From the NCBI GenBank assembly GCA_973895155.1, contig OZ316897.1, positions 23,163,455 through 23,227,454 on the forward strand: a stretch of 64,000 nucleotides of DNA. The letters run 5' to 3'. The notes beneath the pieces were generated by a model. That model was not told the DNA's origin and made no database searches. It worked only from the letters and a program-made list of their open reading frames with translations. Made by a program: the position numbers and the translations under genes. Positions 50,736 through 61,300 of the stretch are shown here, in pieces (within the stretch, counting starts at the first letter, position 1; the number at the start of each line of letters is the position of its first letter). Source of the DNA: Marsupella aquatica. Its lineage: Eukaryota; Plantae; Marchantiophyta.

Positions 50736-52561
50736 GTACCCATAAACCAGTGACTCTTGACTGATTCCCGGCTTAGGGACTTCTAAGCCATTGCCCCACC
50801 ACTCTGCCATTCCACTCTCAGCAATCAGAGCTATGACAGTCCTCACCCAGCCCGCTTCAATGCACCCTGTACACCTCTCAGTGGCGCTGCTAGTCCCATC
50901 ATACACTTAGATTGCCTCACACACACACACATCCATGAGAGAAATGAGGCCTGAGAGGAAAACTCAATTAGATTCAACGATGTGCACAATACTTCACTGA
51001 GAACACTTGATCCGAACAATAGGCCCGAAGGCTGTCTACTCCAGATTGCAGCGTGCTTGCCCCGCAAGCCCCATGCTTGCCATGCAAGCTCAATCCTAAA
51101 CCTGAGCCCGGCTCACTCCAGATTGCGACGGCATATTGGACTCAAACCAATCCCGTACTTGCCTTGCAAACTCAATCCTGAACTCAACCTCCTTCATTGC
51201 ACTTCATTCTTGGGGGCACATACAGATCTCACACCTCCAATTCAGAACGTCAAGTTACGCATACATAGTTGACTCGACTTCAAAGCTGGTACCAGGCCTA
51301 ACGGCGATCTACCCCAGACTGCAATGAGGCCCGGCCTCACGCTTGCCCTGCAAGCTCCGCTCTGGCCATAGATCCCTTAGTGCTCTCCACCAGACAAAGG
51401 CCGGGACTCCCCATGGATCACGTAGCCTTGCCAGACTGAACTGTAAATGCTCCTCCTGCTGCCCCTCAATCAGTGTCTCAGCCTCCCTAATGTGCTCACC
51501 ACAAATCAAATTGACATCCTCCCCACAGTTTACAATCACCAATACATCACCTATCACCAAGGCTCTGTATCGGGGGAAAAGAACCCAGTTGTGCTACTCA
51601 CTAGAAAGAGCCACAATCCAGCTCGCAAACCTAGCAACCCGTTGCTGTGAAGCTTGGCTGATTACTCCCTGAGTAATAGCACAACCAAGCTCTCCCCAAC
51701 ACGCAGCGTCCAAGTCCAGCCTTGCTTGCACAGAGCTCCTCCCTGCTGCTCAGTCTAAGTGAGATCACACAACTGAAGTCCTCCCCCTATCTCTACCGGG
51801 GGGCTGCTCTATATACTCTCATACTGAGCCCAAATGGCTGGGTACTACGCTGTTGGAGCCCCATCCCAGCCCTAACAGAGCCGCCACTATCTCTAACTAC
51901 TGAACCCTAACTCGCAGCTTTATTTCTATCTCGAATTGGCTATGTACTTCGGATTTGGCCCTCCTCCATGGTTTTCGCGAGCTTACGCCTCCTCTCCCGA
52001 TTTCTGTATTCAACCATTTGCTGCGTGGATAGCAGCGTTGGAAGCGGCTTGAGCTCCTCTTTCCAACGAGGTCAATTATAGCCGATTTGGTCAAATACAC
52101 AGAGAGTTATGCCCCCGCAACCGAGAGGGGGTACTCACTGCTGCGCTAACCCGAGTTACATAGCTAACCCGAGTTCGGCTAACCTAGCTATCCTATCTAA
52201 CCCGAGTAGAGCTAACCCGTGGTCTCGGGTTAGGCCGCTACACGCTATCCGCTAACCTAGCCTAAGCTGAGCCCGAACCCGAGCTTACCTATGCTAACCT
52301 GAGCCTGAGTTTAGGCTAACCCGAGTTCAATCTAATCCGAACCTAGGTTAAGCCTAAGCTGAAGCTGTGCTGACCTAAGCTAAGCTGAAGCCGTGCTTAC
52401 CTTAGCTAAGCTGAAGCCGTGCTCACCTGAGCTAAGCTGAAGCCGTGCTTACCTGAGCTAAGCTGAAGCCGTGCTCACATAAGCTAAGCCGTGGTCGAGC
52501 TTGGGTTAACCCAAAACTGAAGCCGAATCCGCTAATTCCGGCCACAAGTTAACCCGTCACA
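50736..52561 (-). mobile_element. LTR-like repeat (family C) with ~26-bp tandem repeats at ~52350-52490
   Basis: Minus strand starts TGTGACGGG at 52561 (cf. TGTGACGCC of the other LTRs); GCTAAGCTGAAGCCGTGCTCACCTGA units; TATA-like GTATATAGAG near 51810; paralog at 29160-30650. Confidence 0.7.
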
Positions 52562-52627
52562 CTAATCAGGCCGTATCTCTCTTAATACACCTCCGTTTCC
52601 CGAGTGTTTTATATCGATTTTACTCGC

Positions 52628-55600
52628 CTAATTTATGAAGAGCGCTTAGGACATTCAGTACAAGGTAACCCGGATGGACAGTTATCATCACAACAATGGT
52701 GGGATTCCGTGGTAGCTCTACTATGTATTGGAAGAGTACCAAAATCTCTGCTTCGGTCCACTCCTTCTGTTGAAGTCGGCTGAAATCAACAATTGCAAGA
52801 GGGCATGTTGGAGATTGTTCTTCCAACGACTCTGGATCGACTGTCTTCATTAGGTTGTTACTAAAAAATGTGACCCACGGTTGGGTCCAAGAACTTGTCC
52901 CCCCACCAAACTTCTGACAGTAAATATCATCTAGACGCATCACCAATGTCATTGGCAATATCTCACTCTCCTTTGTATGATTAGACTTCAATAAATTTGT
53001 CAACCATACTTCACCAGCCGCTCTTCGGCACCTGTTCAACTCCGACTCGACACCTAACAATGGGAGGACCTCAATTACTTTAACCCAATCACTATCTGCT
53101 GGGAAGTTTTTTGGATCCTTCTTGAAGTAGTAATCTCCAATAAGAGACTTCAGTTTGATCAATATCTTCACCTCCTTTGCAAAGTCCTCCATTGCTGGAA
53201 CATCTGACTTATTTGTCGGATCCTTCTTCAATAAAACCTGACCTGACTTCACCTTGCTCAAAATTTTGGTCAAATCTCTATTTGAGATTTTACCATCAAA
53301 ACAATGAAACATTGCGACTGTTATTGCCTTTTCAGACCTTTTGTTTCCTTGTGTACCAGCTCCATCAGGAAGATTTCCATCAATCCACATCTGGCACACT
53401 AACTGCCATAACTCAAAAAGATCATTCTGGGCAAAAAGCAACCAGTATACATTTTTCAAGGCTTTTCTCCCCATGGTCATCCTTGCCAGTGCTAAATAAT
53501 CCTGCAATCAAAAATTGGGGGGAATGTTATGAGTTATCTAAATAAACCAAAAGTCACACTCTTGGACAGAGACCATCTCCATCCAAGTCAAAACCAAAAG
53601 TAGAATGAAGTAAAATCTCTAGAACGGACGGTCACACTCTTGGACAGAGACCATCTCCATCCAAGTCAAAACCAAAAGTAGAATGAAGTAAAATCTTTGA
53701 AACGGACGGTCTCACTCTTGGACAGAGACCATCTCCATCCAAGTCATAACCAAAAGTAGAAGGAAGAGAAATCTCTGGAATGGACGATGACACTCTTGGA
53801 CAGAGATCATCTCCATCCAAGTCATAACCAAAAGTAGAAGGAAGAGAAATCTCTAGAATGGACGATCACACTCTTGGACAGAGACCATCTCCATCCAAGT
53901 CATAACCAAAAGTAGAAGGAAGAGAAATCTCTAGAATGGACGATCACACTCTTGGACAGAGACCATCTCCATCCAAGTCATAACCAGAAATATATTGAAC
54001 TAAAATCAGTGTAACGGACGGTCACACTCTTGGACAGAGACCATCTCTGTCCAAACAAGAAAAGTGTTTCTCACCTGAAATTTTTGATTCTCTTGGGCGT
54101 TTGACTTGTTGTCCCCGTGCTTTGGCTTTCTTGGTCCTCCGCATTCAAGGAATTGTTTCCTTGCATGAACAATTGTATCTTTGAAGCACGATTGAAACAC
54201 CATCATCGAATTGATGGCATTTGATCTCATTGAGTGCTCAACCAATATAGCCGATGGTGTAAGGTCTGACAATAATCTAGACTTCCTGTATTTTAACTTT
54301 TTTGCCAACACTGTGAGCTTGGCATCAGTTTTGGCCCATTCGAGAACCCACTTGGCCGCCCTAGCTGAATGTTGCCCACTGATGGCAAAGAAACCAATCT
54401 CGCCTTTCTTCACTCCTGCAAGAAAGTCTTTGCGGTCGTTCTCCGTGCTGTCAAAATGGAGCAACTTTCTAAGCTTCAGACTATAAGGAAGCAGGTCCGT
54501 GACGTGAGGTTCATGTCCGGGGTTTTTGACCATGGATTTGGCTATGTGCTTCACATGGGTACTACTGAGCATCCTGTAACATAATCTTGCAGGTGCAGGC
54601 ACAATTTTCTCCACTGGAATAGAAAACAGTTCATTTATCCCAAAAGTATAGTACTGCTCTATTCTCTGGAGAACATCATTTCCTTCTAAGACCTTCTTCT
54701 CCTCAGGGGCATCAAGTTTGTCTCCCTCATCTTCTGGGAGCATCTGTACGTCCGCAGGGGTTGACCGCAAAAGAGACTTGTCAGTTTTCTGTTTCTTCGC
54801 TACTGGCTTCTTCTCGGGTTCCTTCGGCAATGTCTCAATTTTCTCGCGACCCTTCCTCTCTCTTAGTCTTCGCTTCCCTACCACTTGTTTGGTGCTTGTC
54901 CCAGCCGTTGTTCCTGCAGTCCTTGTTGTTGTCTCCTGAGATATTTTTCTAGGTTTGGGAACTTCTTTGGGAACTTCTTTGTTAACAACTACTGGAAGCT
55001 CGTTCACCACTACTGGTGCAACATTTGTAGGCTTGGGTAATGATTCTACCCACTTTTTTGCATTGTCCATCGCAAACTCCTCTGCAAATGCAATTTGCTT
55101 GTCAAGGCAAACACCTGATTCCGAAGATAGGAATCCTGCCTTGTCAAGCAAATTATTTAAAATCCATGTCACCGGAAATGTATAATTCCCTTGGTGTTTA
55201 TGGATATTCAGCTTCACATATTGGAACCCATACATGATGTCAAGTGGAAGAATCCCCTTCACTCCAACAATCACCTTTTGAGTTGAATACAACTTAGGGA
55301 AAAAGCCCATTGCCATCACGCCAAGTTCTCCAGCAGCAGACCACTCAACATTGAACTCTGAAGAATACGCCTTTGATGGTAGATGTAGCTTAACCCATCG
55401 TATCCTTTCATGGAGCTCAAGAATGATGGAAACAAACCCTCTTCCTTCAATTCCAATGAAGACTACAGGTCTGAGTACAAGAGTCTCTTGATCTTCTGTT
55501 CTGACCTTTATGCACAAAATGGGATCCCGTCTCTCTGACGTGCTAAGGAAATCAAAATCAACTCTAGAGAACTCAAGGCCCCAACGAAAATCTGGTTTTC

Positions 55601-55691
55601 TCTGCTCCAACAAGACTCCCTCGGAGCAATCTGATTCTAAAATTGCTGGTTTCAATCCATTTAGATCGCTCCCTGCAATAGTCCCATCCAT
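52628..55691 (-). CDS. ParB/Sulfiredoxin-like domain protein. Exons 55691-54075 and 53501-52628; 3' part probably lost to the LTR stack
   Basis: SIPVEKIVPAP..YRMLSSTHVKHIAKSM..FFAISGQHSARAAK matches the ParB N-terminal fold pattern. Phase-0 GT-AG intron 54074-53502 joins KFQ|DYLA. Possible AG|GCGAGT donor at 52627; otherwise stop at 52620-52622. Confidence 0.65.
53555..54052. repeat. 78-bp tandem repeat (7 palindromic cores) filling the intron of the ParB-like gene
   Basis: Units begin at 53555, 53633, 53711, 53789, 53867, 53945 and 54023; core TTGGACAGAGA-CCA-TCTC(CA/TG)TCCAA. Confidence 0.92.
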
Positions 55692-55749
55692 GCATATTAG
55701 TTTGGAAAATCATAATTTGTAATCGACAAAGATGAGGTTCTCTCACAGT

Positions 55750-56262
55750 TTGGACAGAGATGATCCCTATCCAATTGGACAGGGATGATCTCTATCCTCT
55801 ACTTGGATAGGGATGATCTCTGTCCAATTTGTAACAAAGATAATCTTTGTTCGATCAAAGGATTTTGACAATCTTTATTAGGAATTGGACAGGGATGATC
55901 TCTATCCTCTACTTGGATAGAGATGATCTCTGTCCAATTCCTAATAAAGATCATCTTTGTTCGATCAGAGGATACTGACGATCTTTATTAGGAATTGGAC
56001 AGGGATCATCTCTATCCTCTACTTGGATAGGGATCATCTCTATCCAATTCCAAATTAAGATCCTCAGCATCCTCTGATAGAACAGTTTTGATCCTCTGGT
56101 TGGACATCCTCTATCGTCATTTTGGAAATAGATGATCCCTATCCAATTGGACAGGGATGATCTCTGTCCTCAGTTTGGACAGAGATCATCTCTATCCAAT
56201 TCCTAATAAAGATCACTATCTTCTACTTGGACTCTACTTGGACAGGGATGATCTCTGTCCAC
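55750..56262. repeat. Cluster of ~11 palindromic GGA(C/T)AG(G/A)GAT-N-ATC(C/T)CT(G/A)TCC sites upstream of the ParB-like gene
   Basis: Repeated TTGGACAGGGATGATCTCTATCC, often in pairs within a ~110-bp higher-order unit. Confidence 0.88.
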
Positions 56263-57311
56263 TGCACAAATATTCAACTTGTTACCGAGATACTTACTTG
56301 GATTGAGCAATTGGAAGGCTCTGGAATCCTCGAGGGCCGTGTCTACCACATCCTCAATGGAGGAGAGGTCTATCTCCTCTGTTGGCTCAACGACCAAAGA
56401 CACTTGAATAGGTCTAGATGGATCCATCTTGTGACACGTGGTCGTATGGACACGTGGAGGATCATAGAGCGTTAGATCTAGGGCAATTAACGTGGCGGCT
56501 AGGGCAGAAACTCTAGTGTGAAGGCGGAGGTGGAGTGGGGCCTAAGGAGACTGGAAGCGAATGAGGCGGAGGAGTGGAGGAGCGGAGGCGCAGGAGCGAA
56601 GAAGAGGAGCGAAGAAGAGGAGGAGGGAAGAAGAATGAGGCCCAAGTGGGACCTCTTGCCTCCTTTACCCCCCCCCACACCAAGGCGAGGCAAGGCCAAC
56701 TCAACACGTGGGAGGCCGAGCTGCAAACCCTAAACGCAAGGCTGCGTAAATTGTGCCGCCCGACTTGGTTGTGTGGCGTGGATGACCTAATCCACTCGAC
56801 CCTAAACTCCGCCGCTGCTTAAGGCTGATCACGCATCGCCTTATCCGTAAGAGCGATCTTGAATGGTATAAGATACTTGGGCTGCTCCGGTTGGTCCTCA
56901 TTTGGTATTTTCATGTCTAGATTTTCATTCAGTGTCTCAACCAGGTCCGTTCATTACGGAGCCCCATTGAGCCACTCTTGTTTTCTAGACAGAACATCTA
57001 GTTTTAATTTCTTCCACACCCCTGAAGCATTTAGTTTACCAGCTTACTGAGAACTACCCCTTCAACAAAGTATTTTATTACTTGGTTTGACAACATAAAC
57101 TAAGTGAGTTTTGTGTTCAAGAATCATTTCCAGTACAGGTAACTTTCAACTTAATTATAGAATATTCCATTGGTATCAAATTTAGGAATTGTATATCTAA
57201 GTTACTTAAGGTTGGGGTATCCAGCCCAACTCACGATTGGGATCATCTCAATCGAACCTTTCTTTGGTCAAACATTAAATTAGTGTGTAGAGGTTAATTG
57301 TCCGTACAAGG

Positions 57312-58280
57312 GTCTGTCCACCGTTTGGATAGGGATGATCTCTGTGCACCGTTTGGATGGGGATGATCTCTGTCCACCGTTTGGATAGAGATGATCCCTG
57401 TCCGGCTTTTGGATAGAGATGATCCCTATCCACCATTTGGATAAGGATGATCCCTGTCCACCGTTTGGATAGCGATGATCCCTGTCCACCATTTGGATAG
57501 CGATGATCCCTGTCCACCATTTGGATAGGGATGATCCCTGTCCGCCATTTGGATAGAGATGATCCCTGTCCACCGTTTGGATCGAGATGATCCCTGTCCA
57601 CCGTTTGGATAGCGATGATCCCTGTCCCCCGTTTGGATAGAGATGATCCCTGTCCACCATTTGGATGGGGATGATCCCCGTCCGCCATTTGGATAGAGAT
57701 GATCCCTGTCCACCGTTTGGATGGGGATGATCATGTTCGGCTTTTGGATAGAGATGATCCCTGTCCACCATTTGGATGGGGATGATCCCTGTCCGCCATT
57801 GGATAGGGATGATCCCTGTCTGCCATTTGGATAGGGATGATCATTGTCCGCCGTTTGAGGTATTTGCTTTATGGGACCCCAATATGAAAGGTTTTACTTT
57901 CAGATAGGACCGCTGAGTGATCCTAAGTGATCCGGACCTTGAATCATCCATGTCTATTGTTTGGACAGTGATAGACCCTATCCGCCATTTGGACAGGGAT
58001 CAGCTGTGTCCACCATTTGGACAATGACAGACCCTATCCACCGTTCTGATAGGGATCATCTCTGTCCGGATTTTGGATAGGGATGATCCCTGTCCGCCGT
58101 TTATAGGGATCATCTATGTCCATTGTTTGGACAGTGATAGAACCTATCTGCCGTCTGGACAGGGATCATCCCTACCGACCGTCTAAATAGGGATCAGGGA
58201 TCAGGGATCAGGGATCTTAGGGCTAGATAAGGATTGTTTAGGGACCTATTATTTTGCTTGATGGGGATGATCCCTATTTG
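57312..58280. repeat. ~28-bp tandem array (~19 units to 57850, then ~9 diverged units) of the same palindrome
   Basis: TTTGGATAG(G/A/C)GATGATCCCTGTCCACC(G/A) repeated head-to-tail. Confidence 0.93.
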
Positions 58281-58383
58281 CGCACTGTCCTTGGATGGGG
58301 TTCACACCTATCTGCTTCCTAGTTGGGACCATTGTTAACTAATACCTTACATTTCAAATTGTGCAGGTGAACACGTTGTAGGA

Positions 58384-61300
58384 ATGACCGGAATATTTTT
58401 GAGAGGAGACAATGTGATATTGACAATTGGTGGTTACGATGTTGCAAGCGGGACAGTTCAAAAAATCAACCCGCAAGATAGTGTTCAAAAGATATTGTTG
58501 AGAGAGAATCGAATGGGCGTTCTCATTGAGAAAGTTTTTGACCGAACCACAAAACTACCATTTCCAATGCCTCGGGCAGAAAACCTTTTTGATGCCATTG
58601 ATTCTTGCGTTATTTGGGATTTGTCTTGCGCATATCTATCAACGATAACAAATTCTCAAAAACGCATTAGTGTAGGTAGTTGTTCAAATCGACCGGAGAG
58701 TAATTTGGAAAAAAATCCAATTGTAGAGGAGGACTCATCGACCACTCTGAGGCAAGGGGATGAGGTTGAAATGTTCATCTTTGGGTGTTGTGTAGCCCTT
58801 GGAGTTGTTTTCAATACAAATCCAATGGAAAGATGTCACAACATTTTACTTGGTGAATCACGGATCAGTGTGAGGGTCACTGATGTCATTCATGGGAGTA
58901 GGGTTTTACCTTACAAACACAACAGGGTTGAAACAATTGACGAAGCAAAAGACTCATGGGTTCTCTGGGATGTGGCAGATGTCCGAAGTAGAAAGAGTTT
59001 CTCAAAGAAGGATGCGGGCGATGATATCAACATAGAGCGGAGTTTTGTTGCGGAGTCTCCCTCAGCTGAAATTTCTAAAACTAATTGTGACTATTTCCAA
59101 CGGTCAAATTGGATGTCAGAGTTGGTCGAACTATACATCGGTTCAGATCGAACCAATAGGGTTGCCACGGGGACCATCACTGTGCCTCAAGAAACGGCGG
59201 TGGTTGACGATGAAATCCTTGGTGAGGACCATGTAGGGATTGCTGTGAAAGATGTGGTGTGTCACGTCGTAGGCTTCCGCCTTAACTCAGACTTCAGCTT
59301 AGACGGGCACATCCCTCGTAAATCTGAGGGTTCGGGCAGGAAGGGAAGCACGTAATGCACCTTATTCTCGTAAACTAGCGCTAAGTGCGCATACTGCTAA
59401 ATACGGACACCTCCTAGGTATGGTTTGTGTTCCGCCGCCGGAACGTACCTTAGTCGATAGCAGGATCGACCCCGGCTTAAGGGCTTCTAAGCCTTCGTGC
59501 TGTCCGCCTTCAATCCGGATTCGATGATACAGGTCCTCAACCCGTGCTCGCAACCACTTACCTGCAGGCTGCACCTTGTGCACGTCTCGGGTAGTGCGTT
59601 CGGCCTGGCGCTGCCACCCATATACGAGAAACCCACACACATATGCGCACACATGCATACAATCTCGATTTACACGAAGGAAAATGATGGGAAAGGATTT
59701 TACTACAAAGGGAACATATGCGTACACTTAGTTGACACGACAGCCCTGGAATGCACAGGTTCAAGGCCGAGGGTGCACACTACAACGGAGCCCGGCTCCG
59801 CACTCGCCCGACGAGCTTAGTCCTATCCCCTCCCCTTGGTACTCTGTCATTCCCAGAGGTCGGGACTCCCCGCATGTCCCGCGGATGTCCGACTCTGAAA
59901 CTAAAAACCCCCCCTGCCTCTACCGAGGGGTGCACTAAATACTAAGAGCCGAGGGACGGGGTGTCCTCTCGCCGAAGATTCGCTGACTAAGGTCCTAACT
60001 AAGCTGACAGTCAGGCCGGAAAACGGCTGTGTCTTATTAGAAGATCCTAATCTACGCAGGCTGGACAGCAGGGCAGCGCTGCTGTACCTAAGGCAGGTGC
60101 CTGTCCCAAGAGCCTGACTAAGCCAATCCTAATCCTAATCTATTCCTACTCTGCCGCTAATGCCTGGCACGCTTGCCAGAGCCACCCGAATGGGAACGGC
60201 CATCCCGCTGCCTTCCAAGCCTGTCATTGTCCGCTTTGAGGAGCTGGACCTGGTCTAGCAGAGATTCGTTCTCTCGCCTCGCCGCGTCCGTCTCCTCTAC
60301 TGCCTCCTGACATGCCTCCTCCAGCTGCTGGGCGTCGCTCGTCAGTTTACCCGCCAGCTGGTCCTGCTTCTCGTCCTCGGTTTGGAGCCGCGCCATCTCG
60401 GCCTACAGCGTGGCTATCTCCGTCGCATCCCGCTGGGCTCGCTCCTCGGCCTCCTCCAGGTCTTTCTGCCAGGTGACAGCTTGTTTCTTCAAATTATCAA
60501 TCTGGTTCCGGAGTCGTGTAATCTCGGCCTCGTTCCCAGCTTTGGCCTGTTCGGCTAGGGCGGTAAGAGCGTACGCCTTTGCTAATAACTCATCGGCGGC
60601 TGCAACCTTGGGTCGTAGTTGCAGAAGCTCAGCCTCTTGAGCCGCCACTTCGTTCTTTAGGTACACGGACTCCACCCGGTACCGCTCTATCCTCTGAAGG
60701 GCCTCCGACTGGGCCCGACCTGCCTTTACGGCGGCAACCAACTCCTGATTGAAGAAACAGGCTACCTTCCGGGCCATGAACTCCCCGGTATCTCGGGCAA
60801 TTTGATGAGAGAAATCTCCCAGAAGCCCGTTCAGAAACGTACCCTGTACGAAGAGTTCCGGGTGGTCCAAGTTGTGCCTGTCCGGATTTGGGCACGGGCA
60901 AACATCAACACGCGCAGGGGCCGAGGCAGTGACGTCCAGCCCTGGGGACATAACGTTGGAAGGGGCTGGAGTGTCCTCCTGCAGCGATGTCCGGTTCTCC
61001 GGAATTGCCACCGGCGGGTCCTTGGGAGACCCGGGTTCGGGTAAGACCTCTGCCGTACCAACTTCTGTACTTAGCCCGGCTAGTTGGGTCGCATCAACGG
61101 TTGCGACGACCGACCCCTCCGGCGCCTCCTCGGTTACGATTACAACTATTTGTGGAGGTGGGGTGGGTGAAGCTGGCATGTCCACTGGACTTCGGGCCTC
61201 GGGTTGGGGCCGTCTCTCCAATGCCGGAAAAACCCACCTAGCTGGGACCAGCTTTGTAACGTTGATGCGGGGAAGGGTTCGTCGATCAAACCGGGCGTAC

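Noticed and set aside
53555-54052. CRISPR-like palindrome-spacer array
   Set aside because: The ~53-bp spacers are near-identical to each other, so this is a tandem repeat inside an intron.
57275-57850. CRISPR array or repeat-protein ORFs (three minus-strand ORFs)
   Set aside because: Units are head-to-tail with no unique spacers and no cas genes; near-identical peptides in all three frames are an artefact of the 28-bp period.
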